Assembly: GCA_963748625.1 (NCBI GenBank)
Contig: CAVVJT010000010.1
Span: 256,001-320,000, forward strand
Direction of reading: 5' to 3'
Origin: an uncultured Chloroflexia bacterium
GTDB lineage: Bacteria > Chloroflexota > Limnocylindria > Limnocylindrales > CSP1-4
Length of the DNA: 64,000 nucleotides
Shown: piece by piece, positions 31,027-42,195 of the stretch
Position numbering within the stretch: the first letter of the stretch is position 1
Layout of the letters: each line of letters opens with the position of its first letter
Notes under the pieces: model-generated
Database searches by the model: none
Told to the model about the DNA's origin: nothing
What the model saw: only the letters and a program-made list of their open reading frames with translations
Program-made: the position numbers and the translations under genes

Positions 31027-32427
31027 TCACGCCGGGTCGTCCGGGTGCTGGTTGGGGTAGGCCTGCGCCGGGAGCGTCCCGGCCGGGTACACATGCACCT
31101 CCGTCCGCTGGCCTCCGCCGTCCCCCACGAGGTTGTCGCCACGCGTGTAGGCGCGGTTGTAGAGCACGTAGGTGTCGTAGCCGTTGCCGCTCGAACCGGA
31201 GCCACCGCTGAAGGCCGGGGCCGTGAGGATGACGTCGAAGCTCTCGCCGGCGCCGAAGGAGAGGGTGTTGGTGCCATAGCTCGTACTGGCACCGCCGCGT
31301 CCCCGCATCCGCGTGGCATCCCGCCCGACGACCTTCATCTTGATGCCCTCGATGGTCATCGCCGCCTCCATGAACCCGAGGTTCGCGAAGCGGAGGAGGA
31401 CCCGCTCGCCGGCATTGGCCGAGACGAGCGCCGAGTTGGGCTGGGCGGCCAGGTCGGGACGGCCCGAGGGGTAGGCCAGGTCCCAGTTGGCGTCCCGATC
31501 CGGGTACACGTTGAAGTTCCGGTTGGAGGGCGTCGGATTGTCGCCCTGCCGGGCGACGGAGCCGTTTGGCAGGAGCGTGTCCGGGTAGACCCGGCCGTTG
31601 AGGAGGCTGAAGTCGGCCCGGTAGTCGCTCCACTCCGGCAGCTGGATGTGGGCGTCCGCCCAGTGGGAGTCGCCCCACACCTCGGACAGGAACATCGCGT
31701 ACTCGCGGTCGAAGCCCGTTGAGCCGTCGCCATCGTTGTACGCGTACTTCCCACTGGGGTAGAGGGACGTGTTGCCGTCCTGCGCCGGCCGCACGAACAC
31801 GATGCCGGTCATCCCCATGTGCACGTGCTCCGTGTCCTCCACGTGGCAGTGGAACATGTAGGTGCCGGGGTCACGGGAGACGTACACGTAGGTGAACGTC
31901 TGGCCCTGCGGGATCGAGACCGAGCCGGTGGGCTCGCCGTCGAAGAACGGGATGACGTTCTTGAAGCCGTGCCAGTGGACGGTGTGCTCGTCGAACAGGT
32001 CGGGCCGCTGGGCCAGGCCCACGTTCGTGAGCTGGACCCGGAAGTCCTCGTTCTCCCTGGCCCAGAACAGCGGGGCCGAGTGCTGGGCCTTGTTCTTGAG
32101 GTTGAACTGGACGTCGTCCGCGAGTCCGCTCGCGTTCGCGAACCCGAAGATGTATGTCGAGAAGCCGTCGGGCGCGTAGGGGTCGGGGTGCGTCGTGACC
32201 CCCAGGGAGCTCGAGAAGATCGACGGGGTGGGCGGCAGGGAGATCCAGCCGTCCGTGCCGACCAGCTTGAGGTTGGGCTCCTTGTCGGCGCCGCGGGCGC
32301 GGCCCGGCTGGACGATGGTCCCGACCAGGCGTGGGCCGAACGACACGGCGGTGGCCGCGAGCGCGGTCAACCCTCCGTACTGGAGCAGCTGACGGCGGGT
32401 CAGCATCAGTCGTCTCCGATCGGTCAT
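31027..32427 (-). CDS. Tat-exported two-domain multicopper-oxidase-family protein (subunit A; T1 site plus HxH pairs in domain 1)
   Basis: TRRQLLQ Tat motif; EHTVHWHG; MFHCHVEDTEHVHMGM; domain 2 AMTIEG and LYNRA lack ligands. Confidence 0.88.
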   Translation of the reverse strand: MTDRRRLMLTRRQLLQYGGLTALAATAVSFGPRLVGTIVQPGRARGADKEPNLKLVGTDGWISLPPTPSIFSSSLGVTTHPDPYAPDGFSTYIFGFANASGLADDVQFNLKNKAQHSAPLFWARENEDFRVQLTNVGLAQRPDLFDEHTVHWHGFKNVIPFFDGEPTGSVSIPQGQTFTYVYVSRDPGTYMFHCHVEDTEHVHMGMTGIVFVRPAQDGNTSLYPSGKYAYNDGDGSTGFDREYAMFLSEVWGDSHWADAHIQLPEWSDYRADFSLLNGRVYPDTLLPNGSVARQGDNPTPSNRNFNVYPDRDANWDLAYPSGRPDLAAQPNSALVSANAGERVLLRFANLGFMEAAMTIEGIKMKVVGRDATRMRGRGGASTSYGTNTLSFGAGESFDVILTAPAFSGGSGSSGNGYDTYVLYNRAYTRGDNLVGDGGGQRTEVHVYPAGTLPAQAYPNQHPDDPA

Positions 32428-32480
32428 GGCAGGTTCTCCCTCGGCGACGGTGGGCGTGGGGGTCGGATCGGGATTGCGGG

Positions 32481-35400
32481 TCACGGCAGGGTCCCCCCGC
32501 CGAAGTCGTCGAAGCGGGCGTCGCCGGGCGGGTTGCCGGTGCCGGCGATCCGGACGCCGACCTGGCCGCCGCCGGATGCGCCGGCCCAGGTGCCGGCAGG
32601 GACGCTCACGCTGCCGACCTGGATGCCGTTGCGGAACACCGTGATCGTGCCGTCGGCGAGCGCCCTGGCCCCGAGCTGGTCGCCCGCGTAGAACACGGCC
32701 GGGAATGAGGCCCGGTCGACGAGGACGCCGCCCGATGCCTTGGTCCTGACCTGCACGGCGCCGGCACCGCGGTTGTAGACGACCTCGATCAGCGACGCGG
32801 TGGTCGCGGTCGTCCCGGTCCCGGTCCGCTTGAGGATCAGGCCCTGCTTGGTCGCGGCCGCAGGCCCGACCTGGGTGAAGGTGAGGTACGCCTCCTGGTT
32901 GGCCCCGAACGCCGTCGCATTGCGATAGACGTCGCCGCCGAGGCGGACCTGGACCGCGCTGCCGTCGATCCGGAAGTTGTTCTGGTTGGTGGAACCGGTC
33001 CACGGGTTGCCGAGGGCCCCGTTGGCCCGGTTGAAGGCGTCGAGGAGGCCGGCCTGCGGGAAGGCGAGCGGGGCCGGCACAGCGGCCGGGGCCGGGACTC
33101 CGGCCCGCTCGTCCGCACCGATGTCGATGGCCCCGCCGTTCGGGCGGCCGTCGTTGTCGATGTCCCACGCAGGGGCGATGACGCCGGACTTTGAGGCCGC
33201 GCCTGCGTCAACCGCCGGTGACGTGGCGGGGACGTGGTAGTCCCCGAGCGTCCCTGCGGGTGCGTCGACCGCGACCAGGAGGGCCCCGACGAAGTTGGGA
33301 TTGGTCCGCCACGGGGAGAACGAGACCGACAGGTCGAACTCGCTCGCCACGGACGGGTCGGCGTCGACGACGTTCGTCGGGCTGGCGATCACGCCCGCGT
33401 GGCCCTGGGACTGCAGGATCGAGTTGGTCGGGCTCAGGAGCCCGGCGCCATCGGAGACGCCGAGGTCCCAGGTGTCGATCGGCGTCGCGTCGCCGGGGAG
33501 GCCGATGCCGACGACCGTCCCACCGGAGCGGGTGCCGGCCCGGTTGTCCCAGAAGACGTTGTTGAACAGGAGCGGCTCGCTGAAGGTCGGCGAACCACCC
33601 GGCAGCGTCGCCTGGAGCAGGTCGCTGTTGGCGCCCGTGGAGAGGCCGGCGGGCGCCGCCTCACCCGTGCTCGTCGCGGCGGTGGCCGTGGTGATGTTGT
33701 TCATGACCGTGTTGTTGATGACCCGGACAGCCGGGGCGTCGTCGATGGCGATGCCGCCGCCTTCGTGGGTCGACACGTTGTTCACGATCATGTTGTTGAC
33801 GACGTTCATCGGGTAGTTGCCGGCCATCAGGAACCGGATCCCGCCGCCGTCATCGTTGGCGATGTTGGCCTGGACCAGGTTCTCGCGGATGTCCACGGGC
33901 CCGGTTCCCGGCGAGAGGATCAGCGGGTCGGCCGGGAGCTCGCCGGCGATCATGATCCCCGCGCCCTCGTCGTAGGAGCTGTTGAACCAGATCCGGTTGT
34001 GGTCGATTGAGCCGTTCGGGCTGTACCCGTAGACGGACACGCCGCCGCCGTACTCGGCCGAGGAGTTGCCGCAGATGTCGTTGCCGGAGACGGTGTAGCC
34101 ATCGCTGCCGGCGAAGAGCCCGATCCCGCCGGCGAGGTTCGTCCCGCCGTTGGTGACCACGCGGTTGTTGGCGATCCGGACGTGGTCGTTGTGCTGGCTC
34201 GTGTCGGGCTCGGGCAGGTTCGGCGTGCCGATCCGGATGCCGCCCGCGTAGGAGCCGCTGTTGCTCTCGATCACGTTGTTCGTGATCTGCAGGTAGCGGG
34301 CGTAGGCATTGACGAAGACGCCGCCACCCTGGGTGATCGCGTTGGCCGGAAGCCCGGTCGGGCCGCCGCCGATCTGGTTGATGTTCGTGGGGAAGTTGGA
34401 CTGGTCGCCGCCGCGGACGTCGAAGCCGTCGATGCCGGCCCGGAACGCGGAGCCGTACTGGCTCGTCGTCGCCGCGAAGACAGAGACGACAGGACCCTCG
34501 TAGACCGTCTGGTTGCCGACGCGGGTGAGCGCGTCGATGGCGGTCCGCCAGTTGTCGGCCAGGGCGGTGTCGCCACCGAAGGCCGAGCCGTCGATGACGG
34601 AGCCCTGGACGGACCCGTCCGCGCTGCCCGGGCCCACGCCCTGCAGCTTGACCGGCGAGTGGACGATCAAGTTCTCGTAGTACGCGCCGCGCGGGTTGAG
34701 CCGCGGGTTGGACGGCGTGGCGAGGCCCGGGTAGACCACGATGAGGTCGTCACCTGGGCTCGCAGCCGCGGCGTCGAGCGCATCCTGGACCGGATGCGGC
34801 GGGTTGCCCTCGTCGTACTGGACGGCCGGGAACTGGTTCGGACCGCTGAGGCCGGGGCCGACCTCGTACAGGTTCGGCTCGTATCGGCTGTTCCCGATCG
34901 TGCCGCCGCCGAAGTTGTCGAAGCGGGCATCGTTGGCCGCCGTGGTGCCGGCGAAGCGGACCGCGATCCGGCCGCCACCGGTCACGAAGGCGGTCGCACC
35001 AGTCGTCGGGATGGCGACCGGGGCGCCGATCTGGGCGCCGTTCTTGAACACGCGGACGGTGCCGTCCGCGAACGCCCGTGCGCCGAGCTGGTCACCCGCC
35101 GCGAAAGTCGCCGCGATCGCGGGCCCACGGTTCGTGATCGTGCTCGAGCCGGCGTTCTTCGTCTTGACCTGGACGGCGTTGCTGGTGCCGTTGAACACGA
35201 CGCTGATCCAGGAGGACGCGTTCGCGTTGGGGCTCGCCGAGCTGCCGGTGAACTTGAGGAGCACACCCTGCTCGGCGGCTGTGGCGGTCTTGGTGAAGGT
35301 GAAGTAGGCCTCCTGGTTGGGACCGAAGCCCGTGCCCGGCAGCCAGGTCGCGTTGCCCTGGCTCGACGTCGAGTTCGTCAGCGCCTGGGCCTGGTTCGTG

Positions 35401-38400
35401 AAGCCGACGAGACTGGTCGGTGTGACCCGGAACCGGCTCGTGGTGTTGCCGTCGGCGCCCCAGCTCGCGCCGAGACCCTGCGCGGTGCTCGCAGTGCTGC
35501 GGTTGAAGTCGTCAAGCACGGCGGTGGCCGGGAACACGTCCTGACCGAGCACGTGGAAGGTGATCCCGTTCACGGTGCGGGCGCCCGACGTGGAGGTGAT
35601 GGCGAGCTGGTGCGGCCCGACCGGGGTGGTGGCCGGGACTGTGACGTCGATGTGGCTGGCACTCCACGACGTCGTCGGCAGGGCGACCCCGTCAAGCGCC
35701 ACGGTGCCGGCGGCCGCGCCGAAGCCCTGGCCGTCGATGCTGAACGACTTGGTGCCGGCCGTCCGCATGTCGACGTACGGCCTGGAGACTGCGTACAGCT
35801 CGGGCGCGGTCGGTGCCGCCGGGTCGTTCACGCGGCAGACGAGCGGCCCGTTGAACTGGGCGCCCGGCAGCTGCGCGTTGACGCCCAGCTGGGTCGGGGC
35901 CGTGTCGGCGGGCACGATGAGGCCGGCGAAGACCTCGAACTCGGCCGCGATCGTCCGGTATTGCGGGTTGTAGTTCAGGTTCAGCCGGCCCGGGACGCCC
36001 GGGTCGTTGCCGACCATCCGATAGAGGTTGGCGCAGACGCCCGATGGCGTCGGGCAGTTGATCCGGTTCGTGGACGGCAGGAGGACGTCCGCGAGGCCGT
36101 TGTAGTCGGTCTCGACGGTCGTCACGAGCCGGTTGGCCCAGTCGTAGACGCCCACCGGGTTGAAGGCCATGCCGGCCTTCTCGCCGTAGAGGATCGACTT
36201 CGGGTCGGTGGAGAAGTTGAGGTCGTCGACGTTGTAGAAGAAGAATCGGCCCGGGAGCGGCACGTCGGTGAAGACGTTGAACATCGGCACGATCGACTTG
36301 CCGTTCTGCAGGTCGACGAGCTTCGTGTCGCACAGCGGGCGTGCCGTGCCCTCGTAGGGCGAGGCACCGATGTCGACGAAGGTCGGGTTGGCGGTGGTCT
36401 CCGAAGCAGGGGCGCTGATCGGCGCGCCTCCGTTGCCCGACGGATCGTCCAGGCTCACGGGGCCGTAGCCGTCGGTGCCGAAGTCGGCCACGTCGACCTG
36501 GTGGAGGGGGCCCGCGCAGGCGGGCGGCGGAACCTGCGGCACGAACGTGTCGCCGTTCCCGATGTTGATGTCCTCCTCGCGGGTGACCTTGTAGACCGGG
36601 TCGCCGTTCTCGTCGGTCTTGCTGGCGAGGTCGAGGTGGACGAGGTAGCCGTCCGCCGGGAGGGCATCGAACGCGACCTCGCCCACGGCGTACACGTCGC
36701 CGACCGCGAAGGTGTTGGCCGTGCCACCGGTCAGGGCAGCCACGAGCGTGATCCGCGTCTCGGAGTTGACCGTGGCGACCGTGCCCGTGGAGCCGTCGGT
36801 CGCGTTGACGACGGGATCCCCGGCAACCACGCCATCCGTGATGAACGTCGCGGTGGCGTCGTTCATGACGGTCGCCGACGGCGTGGCCGTCGCCGCATGG
36901 ACCACGTAGGCGTCGCCGGCCTTGAAGATGTTCGGGTCGAAGTCCGTGCCGCCGGCAAGCGGCGCGACGAGGGTGATCGTCTGGCCGGTGCGGCTCGCGA
37001 CGATGCCGCTCGAGCCGTCGGTGGTGTTGAGCACGATGTCGCCCGCGGCCACGCCGTTCGCGATGAACGTCGCGGTCGGGTCGGTCAGGACGGTGGCGGA
37101 GTCGGGGGCGATGACCTGGTAGGCGTCGCCGGCCGCGAACACGTTCGGGGTGACAGCGTCCGTATTGCCCGTGAGCGGCGCGACGAGGGTGATCGTCTGG
37201 CCGGTGCGGCTCGCGACGATGCCGCTCGAGCCGTCGGTGGTGTTGAGCACGATGTCGCCCGCGGCCACGCCGTTCGCGATGAACGTCGCGGTCGGGTCGG
37301 TCAGGACGGTGGCGGAGTCGGGGGCGATGACCTGGTAGGCGTCGCCGGCCGCGAACACGTTCGGGGTGACAGCGTCCGTATTGCCCGTGAGCGGCGCGAC
37401 GAGGGTGATCGTCTGGCCGGTGCGGCTCGCGACGATGCCGCTCGAGCCGTCGGTGGTGTTGAGCACGATGTCGCCCGCGGCCACGCCGTTCGCGATGAAC
37501 GTCGCGGTCGGGTCGGTCAGGACGGTGGCGGAGTCGGGGGCGATGACCTGGTAGGCGTCGCCGGCCGCGAACACGTTCGGGGTGACAGCGTCCGTATTGC
37601 CCGTGAGCGGCGCGACGAGGGTGATCGTCTGGCCGGTGCGGCTCGCGACGATGCCGCGTCGAGCCGTCGGTGGTGTTGAGCACGATGTCGCCCGCGGCCA
37701 CGCCGTTCGCGATGAACGTCGCGGTCGGGTCGGTCAGGACGGTGGCGGAGTCGGGGGCGATGACCTGGTAGGCGTCGCCGGCCGCGAACACGTTCGGGGT
37801 GACAGCGTCCGTATTGCCCGTGAGCGGCGCGACGAGGGTGATCGTCTGGCCGGTGCGGCTCGCGACGATGCCGCTCGAGCCGTCGGTGGTGTTGAGCACG
37901 ATGTCGCCCGCGGCCACGCCGTTCGCGATGAACGTCGCGGTCGGGTCGGTCAGGACGGTGGCCGAGTCGGGTCCCGACGCGGTGCCGCTCGCGCGGACGA
38001 TCGGGGCCAGCGTGCCGCTCGCGCGGACGATCGGGGCCAGCGTGCCGCTCGCGCGGACGATCGGGGCCAGCGTGCCGCTCGCGCGGACGATCGGGGCCAG
38101 CGTGCCGCTCGCGCGGACGATCGTGGAGATCGTGCCACCGGCGCGGAACGCGCCCGTGACGGAGCCGCCGGAGACCGCGCAGATCGGGGCGGACGGGTCG
38201 GTCGCGACGAGCTCGCCGTTGAAGCAGCCGTCGCCGAAGCCGTAGTTGCCGTCCACCGCGGCGCCGAAGTTCGCGTCAGGGGTTCCCTGGTCCGAGGCGT
38301 AGGTACCGAACTGGACGCCCATCAGGGGGCCTTCGAGGCAGCCCTTGTTGGCGCCCACCGGCAGGACCTGCTGGTCGGTCGGGTAGACGAGCGCGTTGCC

Positions 38401-40623
38401 GTCCACGTCTCGGGCGAGGCAGTCGTTCCCGGACGGACCGGAGGTCGGGCGCTCCCAGGTCTCGGAGACGTAGGTGTTGAGGAGCGGTCCCTGGGCATAT
38501 GAGCCGTCAGGAGCGAGCTCGTAGTCACCGCGCGCATCGCACGGGGTGCCGGCATGCGTACCGCAGGGCACCGTGCCATGGAGCTCCACGGTCAGGCCGG
38601 AGACGCCCGGCTGCCAGTCCTCGGCGGCCGCGTACTGCGGGTCGAGCTCGTTCCGGGTGACGTCGTAGCTGACCGAGCCGACAATGCCGCCGTTCTGCGG
38701 GTCGACGCCGTTCGTGCCGTTGGCGTCGTAGTTGTGGACGCCCCAGTCGATCCGGCCGGCGAGGCCGATGATCGGCAGGACGCTGACGTCCACGCCGGCG
38801 CCGAGGATCGTGGTGGGCGTCGGCTGGTTGTCGGCCTGGTACGTGACGCCGGTCGTGTAGAAGCTGTCGTTGTAGGCTTCGAGGATGACCCACTCCGTCA
38901 GCGGGTAGGCGTTCTCGAAGACGTAGTAGCCCTTCGAGTCGGTGCTCACCGCGGTGGAGCCGCGGTCCATCAGCGAGTTCTCGCGCTTGCGGAGCGTGAG
39001 GCCGAAGTTCGGCACGCCCGCCTCGCCGGCGTCCTTCTTCCCGTTGCGGTTCGTGTCGTTGAAGACGTAGCCGTCGATCTTGGTGAACCATCCGGTCAGC
39101 GGCAGGATGCCGAGGTCCTGGTTCTCGCCGGCGGCGACCGTCACCTGGACCAGGTCCAGGATGTAGTTCTGGTTCTCGTCCCAGTAGGTGAGCGTGTAGC
39201 TGCCCACCGGCACGCCGGTGATCGTGAACGCACCCGTCGTCGAGTCCGCCCGGACGAGCTTGACGGCCTGGTCCTGGTTGCCGAGATCCGAGAGCGAGAT
39301 CCAGGCATCCTTGATCGGCGCGTCGATCTTGGCGCCGCACAGGCCGCCCCAGATCGTGCCGGGGAGGCAGGTGCCCCCCTTGGCCGGGACATAGACCTTG
39401 GCAGCCGCGACAACGCCCGTGATCGTCCCCGTCTGGACGCCGGGGCCTGTGGCGAAGGAGTGTGCCGGGAGCTGCCAGTACGTGGGGTACGTGGCGGTTG
39501 CCTGGTACTTGCTGGTGAGGCCCGGGACGTAGCCGAAGATCGTGAACGGGAACGGCTCGCCGGCGACCACGAACTCCGTGTCGTAACCGGTCGCGCCCTC
39601 CATCAGCCAGGTGTCCCAGTCGTGGTTGCCCTCGAGGGTGGTCGTCTGGACCCAGCTCTCGCCCGACGGGGGGACCGCGGTCATCGCGTAGCGGTTCGGC
39701 CCGAGGTTCGGGATCTGCAGGAGGCCCCGGGCGATCGCCGGGTCCGCGGATGCCTGCCAGAGGTTGTAGTCGTCACCTCCGACAGCGCCCTCGACGACGC
39801 CATCCATGTCCGCGTCGCCGCTGAGGCATTTGCCGCCCTGGCGCAGGACGACGGGCCCGCCGTCAACCCACTCGTACCCGTTGGGGCCCGTGCCGGACTT
39901 GTACGTCGTGCACAGCGGATTGCCGAAGACGTCCGTGTTGACCTGGCCGAGGTAGTCGGCAAGCCTGCCGGTGAAGCCGGGGATGCCGTCCTCGCCCGGG
40001 TCGTACTGGCCGTTCGCCGACGTCACGTCGGCGAAGACCTCCGCGGTCGCCGTTGCCGTGGGCAGCGGCAGGGGCTGGAGCGGGACCTCGATCATGCCGG
40101 GGTCAGCCGGGACACTGAACGGCGTGCCGTCCAGCTTGTACCCGTCGGCGAGCACGGAGATGAGGTAGCGGCCGTTCGGCAGGGTGATCCCGGTGTTGCC
40201 GTCCAGGGTTGACTGGTCGCCCTGGGCCACCACCGGCGCGGAGCTCCGCAGCCCCGCGATCGACGTCCAGCCGCAGGAATTGGGATAGCCCGCATCCGCG
40301 GGCGAGCAGCCGGACCCCGGGTTGGGGTTGCGCTGCGACGTCGTCCCGGTGTTGTCCTCGTTGATCATCCACCGGTACGTGGTGACCGCATCGCCTGCGG
40401 TCACCGGGCCGATGTCGGCGTCCGGCTCGGTCCGGGCGGCGTAGACGTGCACCTTGACCGTCGACGTCGGGGCCGACGCGGGCGCCGCCTGCGGTGTCGC
40501 GGGACGCGGCGCGGCGAGGGCCGCGGGCGCGGTGACCTGCGTCGCGATGAGCGCAAGCGTTGCCAGGAGGCTCCCCAGCCTGCCGGCACTTCTGCGCGCG
40601 GTACCGTTCCTCGGACGTGCCAT
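32481..40623 (-). CDS. Giant (~2700 aa) secreted multidomain protein: SdrD-B/Ig-like, tandem 72-aa repeats, IPT/TIG, two ConA-like domains, right-handed beta-helix; frameshift near 37658
   Basis: ATG 40623 with AAGGAG RBS and signal peptide; FNDTNRNGKKDAGEAG; GQGFGAAAGTV..SWSASHIDVTVP; [L/V]LD[D/A]FNR...FD[N/D]FGGG twice; GGGI repeats; DIGADE. Joins ORFs 35692..41382 and 32481..37574 via one extra base in one repeat copy. Confidence 0.85.
36960..37970. repeat. 216-bp (72-aa) near-perfect intragenic tandem repeat, ~4.7 copies, plus a diverged copy at ~36690-36890
   Basis: Unit PDSATVLTDPTATFIANGVAAGDIVLNTTDGSSGIVASRTGQTITLVAPLTGNTDAVTPNVFAAGDAYQVIA; shadow ORF starts are spaced 216/216/217 bp. 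Confidence 0.95.
37982..38122. repeat. 30-bp intragenic tandem repeat, ~4.7 copies (ASGTLAPIVR)
   Basis: GTGCCGCTCGCGCGGACGATCGGGGCCAGC repeated. Confidence 0.95.
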
Positions 40624-40691
40624 CGCCTGGTGCTCCTTGCTGCGGGTGGGACGCGGGATGCGGGCGGCGTTCGGGGGGCGGGTGCCGCCGC

Positions 40692-41292
40692 TCACGCGTC
40701 GGTCCCGTCGGTGGCGGCATCCGGGGCGGACGCCGTGGGGATTGGCGCGACGGCTCTCGCGCGCCGGGTGTCCCGCCACGGGACTCCCACGAGCAGGGCG
40801 ATCGGCGTGATCACGAGCAGCGCGGCCTGGAGCGCCGCCAGCCCGTCGCCGAGGAGGTCGGCCAGGAGGTCGACATCGGCCTCCTCCTCCGCCCCGAACA
40901 GGAACCCGTGAAGCTCGTTCCCGGGCATGCTGAGGAGCGCGAAGAGCGCCGCCGCCAGCCCGGCCCAGGCGAGTGCGGTCAGGGGCGAGATCGTGCGGGG
41001 CTCCTGGCTCCATGCGCGGCTGACAAGCAACGCGGCCAGCATCACGGCGATCGCGGCGGCCGGGCACGGCGAGACCCGTGTCGCGCAGCCAGTGGAGGAT
41101 GGGCGGCGGCTCGTTGCGCTCGTGGAGGCCGGCGTGGACGAGCTGGAGCGCGGCGATCGGGATCCCGGCCAGCAGCCACGAGTAGGCGACGACGCGACCC
41201 GGCAGAAGGCGGACGCCGGGTCCCGCCTCGACCCCTGGGCGACGTTCGACCCGCATGCGCGTAGGCCGGTGGGCAGCGACCGCTCGACTCAT
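40692..41292 (-). CDS. His-containing membrane protein, first gene of the cupredoxin operon (frameshift near 41062)
   Basis: GGAAGGAG RBS; LQLVHAGLHERNEPPPILHWLRDTGLAVP, continuing in a shifted frame as AAAIAVMLAALL...PGNELHGFLFG. Confidence 0.6.
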
Positions 41293-41523
41293 GCATCCGC
41301 TCCTTCCCGAACACTCCGGGCCCGCGTGCGACCTCGCACGCAGATCTGCGGCCATGCCCGGTCCGGGCCTGACCTGATGCACGGATGCTGCGTCTGAGCG
41401 TCGGCGGCGCCCATCGGGCCGGGTCCGTGTTGGGGCACGGTCGCAACCGGGTTTCGGATGGGGGGGGAACCCTGACGGGCATCAGGTGGACACCCGATCC
41501 CGGCCACGCTGGGCCGGGCGGAC

Positions 41524-42195
41524 CTACATGTCGGCGGGGATCAGGCCGACGCGGATCGCGTAGCGGACGAGCCCGGCGACATCGCGGATGTTCAGGCGGT
41601 CCATGAGCTGGGCCCGGTGGGTCTCCACGGTCTTGATGCTCAGGTTCAGCCGGCTGGCCATCTGCAGGTTGGTGTGGCCTTCGGCGATCAGCTGGAGGAT
41701 CTCCCGCTGGCGCGAGGTCAACCCGTCCGCGACATCATCGTCGGATGCCGAGCGGCGCACGTAGTCCGAGACGACGTGGCGGGAGACCATCGGGCTGAGG
41801 TAGGAGCCGCCCTGGGCCACCGCGCGAACCGCAAGCTCAAGCTCTGCGGGGCTGGAGTCCTTGAGCAGATACGCGGCTGCGCCGGCGCGCAGCGCCTGGC
41901 GCACGTACTCCTCGTTGCGGTGCATCGTGAGAACCACGATCCGAACGCCCGGGTGGTCGCGGCGGGCTTCGGCGATCGCCTGGATGCCGCCAAGGCCCGG
42001 CATCGTCAGGTCCATGACGGCCACGTCCGGCTGGTGGGTGGCGATGCACGCGAGGGCCTCAAGCCCGTCCTCAGCCTCTGCGATGACCGTCACACCGGGG
42101 AACCCGTCGAGCAGGCTGCGGAACCCGGCCCGGACCAGGGCATGGTCCTCGGCGAGGACGACACGGATGGCGGACGGCGGCCCGTTCACCGCCAT
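41524..42195 (-). CDS. NarL/FixJ-family response regulator
   Basis: LAEDHALVRAG, VMDLTMP, YLLKD, LTSRQREILQLIAEG..SIKTVETHR. Confidence 0.93.
   Translation of the reverse strand: MAVNGPPSAIRVVLAEDHALVRAGFRSLLDGFPGVTVIAEAEDGLEALACIATHQPDVAVMDLTMPGLGGIQAIAEARRDHPGVRIVVLTMHRNEEYVRQALRAGAAAYLLKDSSPAELELAVRAVAQGGSYLSPMVSRHVVSDYVRRSASDDDVADGLTSRQREILQLIAEGHTNLQMASRLNLSIKTVETHRAQLMDRLNIRDVAGLVRYAIRVGLIPADM

Noticed and set aside
31027-32427. Subunit A as a copper nitrite reductase (NirK) or stand-alone small laccase
   Set aside because: Its second domain lacks the His ligands needed to complete a T2 or T2/T3 site in a homotrimer.
34182-37679. Long plus-strand ORFs (34182..37679, 26124..29279, 18915..21830, 55331..57388, 57991..60057)
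   Set aside because: These are antisense shadows of real high-GC genes, with Arg/Gly/Val-rich translations and no recognisable motifs.
36960-38122. 216-bp and 30-bp repeats as a CRISPR or non-coding array
   Set aside because: Unit lengths are multiples of 3 and in frame within a coding sequence, with no spacers.
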